From assembly GCA_001797365.1 (NCBI GenBank), contig MGPH01000063.1, positions 37,179 through 101,178 on the forward strand: a stretch of 64,000 nucleotides of DNA, in the 5' to 3' direction. The stretch is from Deltaproteobacteria bacterium GWA2_45_12. Its GTDB lineage: Bacteria; UBA10199. The position numbers and the translations under genes are program-made. A model generated the notes under the pieces. That model had not been told where the DNA came from. It saw only the letters and a program-made list of their open reading frames with translations, and ran no database searches. Positions 40,035-49,052 of the stretch are shown piece by piece (position 1 is the stretch's first letter; each line of letters opens with the position of its first letter).

Positions 40035-41423
40035 TCAACCGACATTATCCAGGGCCCGGAAACGGAATTTGGCTCCTAACTCTTCCTCTGCAATCTTGCG
40101 GCAGGCTTGAGGGTCAACCTGGGGAAGGCCTACAACGGAAGCCACCACTTCAGGGATGTGTTTAACAGCCTCACCAATAAAGTCTTTGACTGCCGGATAG
40201 GCCGCTTCTTTATATTTGGAAGGACACACACGGGCATAAGTGGCCGCATCCTGAGCATTCAAACTTACCGAAAGAGCATCCACAAAGGGGGCCAGTTCGG
40301 GAAGAATGTTCCGTTGATGAACAAGATTCCCCAGACCATCCGTATTGATGCGGATGCGTAATTTGGGAAAACGGCTTTTCAAATTTTTGGCAATAATAAG
40401 AAGAGCATCCAACCTGCGTGTGGGTTCCCCATAACCACAAAAAACAACTTCCCTGTATTTTGATGGATCCCCTACCTGGCTTAACACCTCTTCCACCGTA
40501 GGTTCCTTGGGTAGTTTTAGATAATATCCCTTCACTTCATAGTCGATGAATTTGGGGCAGAAAGTGCATGCCAAGGTGCATCGGTTGGTGATGTTTAGAT
40601 AAAGGGAATCCCGAATGGCATACACAACACTGGCTTGGATTTGAGCGGCGGGCAAATTAAAAAACCGTGTGGCATTGAGTGTGGTGATTCGTTCAACATC
40701 CGAAAGCGAAAGACCTTTCTGTTCGGCAATGGCTTTGGCCACAGTCACCACATGGGCCGGTTCATTTTTTTTGCCGCGAAAAGGGATGGGAGCAAGATAG
40801 GGTGAATCCGTTTCGATAAGCATGGATTCAACGGGAGTCAGTTTGACCACCTCGCGCAATTCTTCGGCATTTTTAAACGTGATGATTCCCGTAAACGAAA
40901 GAAGACAGCCTAGGTCCAAATATTTTTTGGCCAACGCCCGGTCACCTGTAAAACAATGGATCATTACCTTCCTTTGAGAAAATGAAGCCTGACGAATAAG
41001 CTCATAGGTTTTATCCCCGGCATCCCGATCATGAATCACCACGGGCTTATCCAGTTTTTTGGCCAGTTCCAAAAACTGGACCAAAACTTTTTCCTGAACA
41101 TCATGGGGGGAATGGCTGTAATGAAAATCCAACCCCACCTCCCCAAGAGCCACCACCTTGGGATTTTTTGCCAAAGCCTCGATATGTTTTAACACCTCAG
41201 GTGTTACTAATTTTGCATCGTGGGGGTGCATCCCCACGGTTGCAAAAACCTGGGGATAGCTTTTTGCAAATTCCACAGCCTGGTCATTACTTTCAACTCC
41301 TTCACCCGCTCCAATATTCACAAACGCCCCCACTCCCGCCTCAAAGGCGCGCGCAAGAATGGCCTCGCGCTCTTCGGGCGAGTAATCTTTAAAACTGAGA
41401 TGGCAATGGGAGTCGATGAACAT
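40035..41423 (-). CDS. tatD: TatD-family hydrolase fused to a radical SAM domain
   Basis: DSHCHL, GMHPH, GEVGLD, IETDSPYL followed by NITNRCTLACTFCP (CxxxCxxC) and FCGYGEP. Confidence 0.92.
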   Translation of the reverse strand: MFIDSHCHLSFKDYSPEEREAILARAFEAGVGAFVNIGAGEGVESNDQAVEFAKSYPQVFATVGMHPHDAKLVTPEVLKHIEALAKNPKVVALGEVGLDFHYSHSPHDVQEKVLVQFLELAKKLDKPVVIHDRDAGDKTYELIRQASFSQRKVMIHCFTGDRALAKKYLDLGCLLSFTGIITFKNAEELREVVKLTPVESMLIETDSPYLAPIPFRGKKNEPAHVVTVAKAIAEQKGLSLSDVERITTLNATRFFNLPAAQIQASVVYAIRDSLYLNITNRCTLACTFCPKFIDYEVKGYYLKLPKEPTVEEVLSQVGDPSKYREVVFCGYGEPTRRLDALLIIAKNLKSRFPKLRIRINTDGLGNLVHQRNILPELAPFVDALSVSLNAQDAATYARVCPSKYKEAAYPAVKDFIGEAVKHIPEVVASVVGLPQVDPQACRKIAEEELGAKFRFRALDNVG

Positions 41424-41439
41424 AATTGGCTTGTTGCCC

Positions 41440-41511
41440 GTCGCTAGTTGCTAGTGAAAACCCTACCCGACTAGCAACCAGTGACTAGCAACTACTAGCG
41501 ACCAGTGACTA
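41440..41511. repeat. Heptamer-based imperfect palindrome
   Basis: GTCGCTAGTTGCTAGT...ACTAGCAACCAGTGACTAGCAACTACTAGCGACCAGTGACT. Confidence 0.75.
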
Positions 41512-41513
41512 AA

Positions 41514-43166
41514 TTATCCTTTTTTTTCCGGAATGAGATACTCCACCATGCTTAAAAGGGAAAGATGAATTTGGCGTAAAAAGGACATCAGTTCCAGGTG
41601 AATGGAAGAAGTGTCCAGTGTCTCTTTTAATCCGTCGTGCAGGCGAAAAAGATGGGTTTTTTTGAGTGGATCCATGCGTTCATTATAAAACTGCTCATGA
41701 TGCTTGATTTGAAGGGCCAACTCCTCATTAAAAGAAGAAAGACAGGCCGTGGCCAAGACCAGCATGTCTTCGGTGGCCTTATACATTTCACAGATTTCAA
41801 GCCAACCTGTTTTTGAAAACTCCAGGTTCTTACTCCATTTGACACGGGCCAGCCTCATCAATTCCCTTTCGATGGTATCCCCGATATTTTCAAGTTCGTT
41901 GGCGGCATTCATCAAATGAAGGCTGATGGCCACCTCCTTTTCATCCAGTTTTGAAAACGACAATTTGGCCAAGTACAGTTTGATGGCCTTGTAAAGAACG
42001 TCCACCTTGTGATCACGCGATGAAATATCATCTTCAATATCCAGATTGTATTTTTTCAACACCATGAGCGAGTCGCGAAGCATGCCCAGGGCAATATCCG
42101 CCATGCGAACCAATTCGCGACTTATTTGTGCAAAAGCAAGGGAGGGAGTGGCCAGGCTGCTTGGATCAAGGTATTTGGGGCCAAAGGGCTGGTTTTCCAA
42201 TTTTTGGGGAATAAACCAACAAACCAGTTTTTCCCCAAAAGAAATAAAGGGCAAAAAAATCAGGGCCACAAATACGTTAAAGAAAAAATGACTCAGGGCA
42301 ATTTCAGCATTCACAGTCAGGGTCCAACCCATCATGCCTTCCACAACCAATAAATGAAGCTGATGCAACAAACTGACGCAGAAGGGAATGAAAGGGGCAA
42401 TAACAATGACGGCCCCCACACGCAGAATCAAATTGGCCCAAGCCACTCTTTTACCTTCCACATTTGATTTGATGGCCGCTGTAATCGCCGTAAAAGCCGT
42501 ACCCACATTGGCCCCCAAAACCATGGGAAAAGCCGACTCAAAAGTAATGGACCCCGAATAAGCCAGGGAAACAAGAATGCCCAAAACCACCCCACTTGAA
42601 TGGACCAAAGCCGTCACCACAGCCGCGATGACAAAATTAGCCAGTGGATAATGATACATAAATTCAAAAATGGTGGGAATCCACGGGTAGGTTTTAAGTG
42701 GGATGGTAGCCTGGGCCATCACATTCAACCCCAAAAATATAAACCCCAAACCAAACAGTATTTCGCCAATGGCCCGGACGACTTTACGGTCCGCAAGAAA
42801 ACGGAGCAGCAGCCCCGACACCAAAATAACCACGCCATAATCAACAATGGCTCTCACTGAAATGAGCAATACAACAAAGGTGGTCCCAATACCTGCCCCC
42901 AAGGCAACACTCATGGCCTGCTCTAAAGTAAGCAGCCCGCTTGAAGCCAAAGCTACAGTCATCACTGTCACAGCCGATGAACTTTGCAGAAAAAAAGTAA
43001 CCCCAATACCCGTAAGAAGACAGCGGAACCGGCCACGCGTTGTCCGGGCAATCATGCTTTTAAAGCGATCCCCCGCGTAGGTTTCAAGCCCTTCATGCGT
43101 GGAATAAAGCCCCAAAAAGAAAAATGCCAAACCCGCAATAAATTGCAGAATATGGGAAGAAGGCAT
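41514..43166 (-). CDS. Na/Pi cotransporter family protein with PhoU-like C-terminal domain
   Basis: LQSSSAVTV / LVHSSGVVLG repeats, GANVGTAFTA, C-terminal ELENIGD. Confidence 0.9.
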   Translation of the reverse strand: MPSSHILQFIAGLAFFFLGLYSTHEGLETYAGDRFKSMIARTTRGRFRCLLTGIGVTFFLQSSSAVTVMTVALASSGLLTLEQAMSVALGAGIGTTFVVLLISVRAIVDYGVVILVSGLLLRFLADRKVVRAIGEILFGLGFIFLGLNVMAQATIPLKTYPWIPTIFEFMYHYPLANFVIAAVVTALVHSSGVVLGILVSLAYSGSITFESAFPMVLGANVGTAFTAITAAIKSNVEGKRVAWANLILRVGAVIVIAPFIPFCVSLLHQLHLLVVEGMMGWTLTVNAEIALSHFFFNVFVALIFLPFISFGEKLVCWFIPQKLENQPFGPKYLDPSSLATPSLAFAQISRELVRMADIALGMLRDSLMVLKKYNLDIEDDISSRDHKVDVLYKAIKLYLAKLSFSKLDEKEVAISLHLMNAANELENIGDTIERELMRLARVKWSKNLEFSKTGWLEICEMYKATEDMLVLATACLSSFNEELALQIKHHEQFYNERMDPLKKTHLFRLHDGLKETLDTSSIHLELMSFLRQIHLSLLSMVEYLIPEKKG

Positions 43167-43210
43167 ATTGAAATTGTAGATGATAAGGAGTTGATTTGAC
43201 TAGAACTTAT

Positions 43211-44056
43211 TTACTCAACTAATTTCTGAACAAAACGGGCTGGGTTAAAAATCTGCATGGAATCCTTGGATTCCCCCAACCCAATAAACCTTAAAGGAAG
43301 CCCCGTTTCACGCACGGCCGATAACACAACGCCTCCCTTTGAAGTGCCATCAAGTTTGGTCAGAACAAGGCCTGTTAAGGGCAGATGGGCCATAAACTGC
43401 AGGGCCTGGGCTAAACTATTTTGTCCAAGACTGGCATCCAAGACCAAAAAAACATCATCCGTGGGGCGCCCCAGCGCCTTTTCGGCCACACGAACCATTT
43501 TTTTTAATTCATCCATCAGCGAAATTTGCGTATGCAAACGACCTGCAGTATCAATCAAAACGACATCCGTGCCGCTGTTTTTGGCCTTTTGGATTCCATC
43601 AAAAACCACACTGGCTGGATCAGACTGGGAAGCCCCCGAATAAAATTCCACACCTGCACGCTCGGCCCAAATACGGGCCTGATCAACCGCTGCAGCACGA
43701 AAAGTATCCGCCCCCACCACCATCACTTGTTTCCCTTCCTTCCGCCAAAGGGCCGCAAGTTTGCCCACCGAAGTTGTCTTGCCGGTGCCATTCACCCCGA
43801 CAAAAAGAATGGTATGGGGTTTTAAGGGTTTGAAGCCCCAGGGTTCCTTGGGTTGAAGCCATTCAAGAATGGTGTTTTTAAGAATGATGGAAACTTGTTC
43901 CGAAGTGGATGGGGCCTCGGCTTTGACACGATTTAAAAGAGCCTCGGCAGTCATCCAACCGACATCGGCTTCGATAAGCTTTTCTTCCAATTCCAAGAGA
44001 AGGTCTTTGACCTCCTTTTTTTGGAACGAAAAAACCTGGCGGAGTTTTTCAAACAT
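43211..44056 (-). CDS. ftsY: Signal recognition particle receptor FtsY (NG domain only)
   Basis: Start moved to ATG 44056 (MFEKL); GVNGTGKTTS, DTFRAAA, DTAGR, TKLDGTSKGG. Confidence 0.95.
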   Translation of the reverse strand: MFEKLRQVFSFQKKEVKDLLLELEEKLIEADVGWMTAEALLNRVKAEAPSTSEQVSIILKNTILEWLQPKEPWGFKPLKPHTILFVGVNGTGKTTSVGKLAALWRKEGKQVMVVGADTFRAAAVDQARIWAERAGVEFYSGASQSDPASVVFDGIQKAKNSGTDVVLIDTAGRLHTQISLMDELKKMVRVAEKALGRPTDDVFLVLDASLGQNSLAQALQFMAHLPLTGLVLTKLDGTSKGGVVLSAVRETGLPLRFIGLGESKDSMQIFNPARFVQKLVE

Positions 44057-44200
44057 GGTCGCGTTGCTCGCTGGCTCGTAAGCTCGTTGGCTCGAGGGGA
44101 AATGCTCGTCGCTCGTAATACGGGGCCCGGTATTTACGAGCAACGCGTTTTCGAGTAACGAGTCCTCGAGCGACGAGCAATCCCCTCGAGCAACGACCCA
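44057..44200. repeat. Long heptamer-based palindromic element
   Basis: GCTCGT/ACGAGC units around the central stem GCTCGTAATACGGGGCCCGGTATTTACGAGC. Confidence 0.85.
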
Positions 44201-44201
44201 T

Positions 44202-45077
44202 CTATTCAATCACCTTGTTTAACGGATATTCCACAATGCCCGTGGCACCGGCGACTTTGAGTTGGGGAATGATATCACGGACTATTTTTTCATCCACAAT
44301 CACCTCAACACTATGCCAGTTGGAACCCGCCAGGGAACTTAGAGTGGGGGTATGAAGAGCCGGCAAGCACTCAAGAACTTTTTTCAGGCTTTTTTCAGGA
44401 ACATTCATTTTCAAACCCACTTTTTCCTCGGCGGCAATCGCCCCTTTTAGAAGCAGAACCAGACTTTCAATTTTTTTGCGTTTCCAGGGGTCGGCCCAGG
44501 CTTTTTTGTTGGCAATAAAAAGGGTTTGGGATTCAAGCAGGGTATCCACAATCCTCAAATTATTGGCCCGAAGGGAGGAACCCGTTTCGGTTAATTCGAC
44601 AATGGCATCGGCAAGCAAGGGAGGTTTTACTTCAGTGGCTCCCCAGGAAAATTCAACAGAGGCTTTTACCTTGTGCTGTCTTAAAAATTGTTTGGTGTAA
44701 TTAACCAATTCAGTGGCAATACGTTTCCCCTGAAGGTCTTTGACCGTTTTTATTTTGGAATCGTTGGGAACAGCCAAAACCCAGCGTACAGGTCGAAGAC
44801 CCGCCTTGGCGTAACGCAATTCACTGACTTCAACAACCCCACCCCCCTGCTCCATGACCCAGTCACGGCCTGTAAGCCCTGCGTCCAGAATGCCGTCCCG
44901 CACATAGCGGGCCATTTCCTGGGCACGGATAAGAAGTCCGGAAAGTTCAGGGTCATCAATGGAAGGGAAATAGGAGCGTGATGAGATCGTAATGCCAAAC
45001 CCCGCTTTCTTAAAAAGGCGAACCGTCGATTCTTCCAGACTTCCCTTGGGTAAACCAAGTTTGAGTTGTTTTTCCAT
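44202..45077 (-). CDS. hisG: ATP phosphoribosyltransferase (long form)
   Basis: [35 protein letters not shown]-terminal regulatory domain. Confidence 0.96.
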   Translation of the reverse strand: MEKQLKLGLPKGSLEESTVRLFKKAGFGITISSRSYFPSIDDPELSGLLIRAQEMARYVRDGILDAGLTGRDWVMEQGGGVVEVSELRYAKAGLRPVRWVLAVPNDSKIKTVKDLQGKRIATELVNYTKQFLRQHKVKASVEFSWGATEVKPPLLADAIVELTETGSSLRANNLRIVDTLLESQTLFIANKKAWADPWKRKKIESLVLLLKGAIAAEEKVGLKMNVPEKSLKKVLECLPALHTPTLSSLAGSNWHSVEVIVDEKIVRDIIPQLKVAGATGIVEYPLNKVIE

Positions 45078-45192
45078 AAGGGCAAAACCAGTATCATAAG
45101 CCCAATTGTCAATGCAATCTGAAAAAGGAATTGCTTTATTGAAAAACCATCATTAAAATTTGCACTCAAAACTTTTAAAGGGGGATTTTCCT

Positions 45193-46209
45193 ATGAAAAG
45201 ACTTTTTCTTGCAACCTTGTCTGTTTTTTTAATCACCGGGTGTTCCAACATAAAATTATCCGGCGATCCCGATTCAGGCATCAAAGACCTTAACAAGGGG
45301 CCTGTCATTCTTGAAGTCAATGGCAAAAAATTTCATGAGGGTTACCTTGAGTATTTGGCCCGCATCAATCCGAGGGCCAAGGCACAAATTGAAAATCCTA
45401 CCGCCCGCAAGCAATTGCTTAAAAACCTGGCTGAACAAGAACTTTTTTACCAGGCCGCCTTAAAAGAAGGGGCCGACAAACGTCCCGAGGTGACTGAAAA
45501 ACTGGCCATGGTTCAAAAAATGATTGTGTCACAAAGCCTGCTTGAAGCACGCATCGACCAGGAAGCCAAAAAATATTATGACGAAAAAAAAGACACCGAG
45601 TTCACAAAAGTAGGTCTATCGCAAATTCAGGTTAATTTCATCCCTCCCACAGAAAATGAAAAAGGCAAAGCCGCCGATGCCCAACCAACCCAGGCTCAAA
45701 AAGATGCCGCCATGGTCAAAGCTAAAACCGTACGTGAAAGACTCACCAAGGGGGAAGATTTTGCCAAGGTGGCTGAAGAAGTTTCTGACGACAAAATTTC
45801 CAAACGCAAAGGGGGCGACATGGGAGAAGTAAGCCGTAATGACCGCCGTATGGAAAGACATCAATTAACAGCCCTGGCAGAGGCGGCCTTTAAAATGACA
45901 CCCGGGGGAATTTCCGAAATTATTGAGACTCCCAAGGGTTACCACATTATCAAAATCAATTCTGAACCTGCGGCCGTTCCCTTTGATGAAGCCGTGGGGC
46001 TTATCCGCTTTCAGGTTCAAGGGCAAATCAAAGACAAGCTTTTAACTGAATTAACAAGCAAAGCCAAAATTGTTTACCCAAGCAACGAAGAAGAAAAACC
46101 CGGATTAGTTGAAACACCTATTCCTGATAACCCTGAAGGGGCTCCTCCTGCTCAGACTGGAGAAAACACACCTCCCCCGCCACCACCGGCGCCTCCTGTG
46201 GGGCATTGA
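45193..46209 (+). CDS. PpiC/parvulin-type peptidyl-prolyl isomerase lipoprotein
   Basis: Start ATG 45193, lipobox ITGC; GEDFAKVAEEVSDD, GGDMG, IETPKGYHIIK. Confidence 0.92.
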   Translation: MKRLFLATLSVFLITGCSNIKLSGDPDSGIKDLNKGPVILEVNGKKFHEGYLEYLARINPRAKAQIENPTARKQLLKNLAEQELFYQAALKEGADKRPEVTEKLAMVQKMIVSQSLLEARIDQEAKKYYDEKKDTEFTKVGLSQIQVNFIPPTENEKGKAADAQPTQAQKDAAMVKAKTVRERLTKGEDFAKVAEEVSDDKISKRKGGDMGEVSRNDRRMERHQLTALAEAAFKMTPGGISEIIETPKGYHIIKINSEPAAVPFDEAVGLIRFQVQGQIKDKLLTELTSKAKIVYPSNEEEKPGLVETPIPDNPEGAPPAQTGENTPPPPPPAPPVGH

Positions 46210-46219
46210 TGGAAAATTT

Positions 46220-46285
46220 GTAGGGGCGCTGCTTGCCGCGCCCTAATGTTTTTCCAATGATGGGCGCGGCAAGCAGCGCCCCTAC
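46220..46285. repeat. REP doublet (REPIN)
   Basis: GTAGGGGCGCTGCTTGCCGCGCCC (46220-46243) and its perfect inverse (46262-46285). Confidence 0.92.
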
Positions 46286-46290
46286 CATCC

Positions 46291-47106
46291 ATGCAACCCC
46301 TTATCATTACCGTGGCTGGTGTTGGCGCTGAACTCACCAAAAAAGATACTCCCTACCTTCCTTCCACGCCGGACGAAATTATTTTAGAAGCCCAAAAAGT
46401 GGCAAAATTGGGGGCCCATGTTTTCCATTTGCATGTGCGCGACAAAAAAGGTCGCCCCACAATCAATAAAAAACATATTTCCAGACTTGTTGCTGAAATT
46501 CGAAAAACAACCAGCCTCATCATTCAAGTTTCCACAGGGGGAGCGATCACCGACTCTTATAAAAAACGCCTGGCCACCCTGGAAACCCATGTAGAAATGG
46601 CTTCATTGACTTTGGGAAGCACTAATTTTGGAAACGATGTTTTTTCCAACCCTCTTCCCTTTATTGAAAAACTAGCACTGGCCATGAAGGATAAAAAAAT
46701 CCGCCCCGAACTCGAGATTTTTGATGTGGGCATGATGAATACCGCACACAAGCTTATTGAAAAAGGGCTGATAGAAGCCCCCTTTCATTTTAATGTGATT
46801 CTGGGAGGTCCTGGCTGGCTGGCCGCAAGCCTGGAAAACCTGGAATTCATCCTTAAAAAAATGCCTCCTTACTCAACTTGGTCGGCCTCCGGCATTGGGA
46901 AACACCAATTTCCCATGCTTGACTACGCCATTGAACAGGGGGGACATATCCGCACAGGGTTGGAGGACAATATCTATATTCAAAAAGGAATACTTGCGAA
47001 AGGAAATGCAGAGTTGGTAGAACAAACTTTGGACTTGGCCTCCAAATATCAACGCCGATTGGCAACAATGGAAGAGGCAAGAAAAATTTTGGGAATTAGC
47101 CGCTAG
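46291..47106 (+). CDS. kce: 3-keto-5-aminohexanoate cleavage enzyme (BKACE) family
   Basis: LIITVAGVGAE, HLHVRD, PELEIFD, GGHIRTGLEDN, GNAELV. Confidence 0.9.
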   Translation: MQPLIITVAGVGAELTKKDTPYLPSTPDEIILEAQKVAKLGAHVFHLHVRDKKGRPTINKKHISRLVAEIRKTTSLIIQVSTGGAITDSYKKRLATLETHVEMASLTLGSTNFGNDVFSNPLPFIEKLALAMKDKKIRPELEIFDVGMMNTAHKLIEKGLIEAPFHFNVILGGPGWLAASLENLEFILKKMPPYSTWSASGIGKHQFPMLDYAIEQGGHIRTGLEDNIYIQKGILAKGNAELVEQTLDLASKYQRRLATMEEARKILGISR

Positions 47107-47205
47107 TTGCTCGTTACTCGTGGGAATGGCTCGTCGCTCGTCATAGGGGAAAGGAACCCGTATTACGAGCAACGAGCGACGAGTAACCATCAACGAGCAA
47201 CAACT
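47102..47205. repeat. Heptamer-based palindromic element
   Basis: GTTGCTCGTTACTCGTGGGAATGGCTCGTCGCTCGT...ACGAGCAACGAGCGACGAGTAAC. Confidence 0.85.
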
Positions 47206-47206
47206 C

Positions 47207-48136
47207 ATGCCCGGCATAGGCGTCATTTTAAATCCGAATTCAAAAACCTACAAAAACAATCCCAACAGGATGAATCGCATGGGGTTTATTGTGGGAGACA
47301 AGGCTTCGTGTAAACAAACGGAAGATCTTCAGGATTTGCGTCGTGTCGCAGAAGAATTCAAAACACGCGATGTCGATATTTTGGCCATTAGCGGAGGCGA
47401 TGGCACAAATCATTGTACCCTGACCACTTTTTTTAATGTCTATGGGGACAAGCCTCTTCCAAAAATTGCTTTTTTGCGCGGAGGCACCTTAAACACCGTC
47501 GCCCGCGCCCTTGGCATTAAAGGTTCTTCCGAAACTCTTCTTTCACAACTCTTGGTCAAATATCACGAAGACAAACCCTTTAAGACCACCGAAGGTCATT
47601 TGATGAAAATTAACGATGAATACGGATTTATCTTTGGGTTGGGAGTGATCTACAATTTCATGGAAGCCTACTACAATGGCGGCAACCCATCTCCACTTAT
47701 AGCCGGGTGGACACTGATTAAATCCGTTAGTTCAGCCCTTATCAACGGTCCCCTTGCCTGTAAAATGTTTGATCGGTTTGATGCCGAAGTGACAGTAAAC
47801 GGAAAAAAATGGCCTTTTGCCAATTATTCAGCCCTTTATTGCGGCAGCATAAACCAGCTGGGCCTTGATTTTAAGGTGTTTTACACTGTGGACAAAAATC
47901 CGGGGAAATTTCATGCAGCAGGGTTTGCCCTTCCCCCACGCAATATTCTCAAATACATTCCCAAAATGTACATGGGGCAACCCTCAGGCTGCCCTGATCT
48001 TATTGAAGAACCCACCAGTGAAATGACCATCAAACTTAAAAAACCCCTCCCCTACACTATTGACGGGGACATGAAAGACCCTTTGGATACTTTTCATATC
48101 ACCATGGGGCCAACGTTGACGGTGATTGTGCCTTAA
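47207..48136 (+). CDS. Diacylglycerol/lipid kinase family protein
   Basis: VILNPNS, SGGDGT, LRGGTLN, YTIDGD. Confidence 0.9.
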   Translation: MPGIGVILNPNSKTYKNNPNRMNRMGFIVGDKASCKQTEDLQDLRRVAEEFKTRDVDILAISGGDGTNHCTLTTFFNVYGDKPLPKIAFLRGGTLNTVARALGIKGSSETLLSQLLVKYHEDKPFKTTEGHLMKINDEYGFIFGLGVIYNFMEAYYNGGNPSPLIAGWTLIKSVSSALINGPLACKMFDRFDAEVTVNGKKWPFANYSALYCGSINQLGLDFKVFYTVDKNPGKFHAAGFALPPRNILKYIPKMYMGQPSGCPDLIEEPTSEMTIKLKKPLPYTIDGDMKDPLDTFHITMGPTLTVIVP

Positions 48137-48137
48137 T

Positions 48138-48285
48138 TGTCGCTGGCTACTCGAGGGCTCGTGGGAATGGCTCGTCGCTCGAGAATCGTGGGCTCGCGGG
48201 TTCGTAAGCTCGTCGCTCGTAAATACGGGGACCCCGCTTTACGAGCGACGAGCAATCCCCACGAGCAACTAGCAACCAGCGACTA
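48138..48285. repeat. Heptamer-based palindromic element between convergent genes
   Basis: GGGAATGGCTCGTCGCTCG...GCTCGTAAATACGGGGACCCCGCTTTACGAGCGACGAGCAATCCCC; supplies the last codons of UDG. Confidence 0.85.
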
Positions 48286-48988
48286 TCCCCAATTCCTTCA
48301 TCACTTTCTGCAAATCCTCCCACACAAATTTTTTCATATTGGGGTTTCTGAGCAAAAAGGCCGGATGATAGGTGGGCATCAGTTTTGACGGACCATAATT
48401 TTGAAACTCGCCACGCAGCTTGGTAATGGGCACTTCTGTTTGCAAAAGAGTCTGTGATGCAAACTTTCCGAGAGAAACGATCACCTTGGGACCAATGATC
48501 TCTATTTGTTTTTTTAAAAAAGGCATGCACTGGGCAATTTCAGAGGGCTCGGGGTTACGGTTATTGGGGGGGCGGCATTTGATGAGATTAGCAATATAAA
48601 TATCCTCACGTTTTAATCCCATGGCCTCAATCATTTTGGTCAGTAATTGCCCGGCCCGACCCACAAAGGGCTCGCCTTTTAAATCTTCATCTGCTCCTGG
48701 CCCTTCTCCCACAAACATAAGCTCGGCATTGGGGTTCCCCACACCAAAAACCAGCTTGGTACGACCTTTATGTAAAACACAACGGGTACAATTGCCGATT
48801 TCATCATCACAAAGTTGTTTTAATCTTGATTCGTTGAAAGATAAATTTTGTGAGTTCATTTTTATTTCAGGCTTATTTTCCTCTTGAGAAACTGACGTTT
48901 TTTGAGCACGAGGCAAGATATCAACTCCCCATTGTGAAATCATTTCCAGATTGGTTTTTAAGGATTCCGCCATATTTTTTTGGGACAT
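48269..48988 (-). CDS. udg: Uracil-DNA glycosylase family 4
   Basis: Start ATG 48988 with AGGA SD; CTRCVL, VGEGPG, FVGRAGQLL, KCRPPNNRNP, TYHPAFLLR. Confidence 0.95.
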   Translation of the reverse strand: MSQKNMAESLKTNLEMISQWGVDILPRAQKTSVSQEENKPEIKMNSQNLSFNESRLKQLCDDEIGNCTRCVLHKGRTKLVFGVGNPNAELMFVGEGPGADEDLKGEPFVGRAGQLLTKMIEAMGLKREDIYIANLIKCRPPNNRNPEPSEIAQCMPFLKKQIEIIGPKVIVSLGKFASQTLLQTEVPITKLRGEFQNYGPSKLMPTYHPAFLLRNPNMKKFVWEDLQKVMKELGIVAGC

Positions 48989-49052
48989 ATCACTTCCTTT
49001 CACTTAATTAAGTATTTGTAAAATAATATAAAAGAGAATAATTTAACATTCT

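Noticed and set aside
44057-44209. 51-aa N-terminal extension of FtsY in the ORF track
   Set aside because: It is the translation of a heptamer palindrome; FtsY-like sequence starts at ATG 44056.
41440-48285. Heptamer elements as CRISPR repeats or tRNA/ncRNA genes
   Set aside because: They are dispersed, of variable length and have no spacers or cloverleaf; kept as a repeat family.
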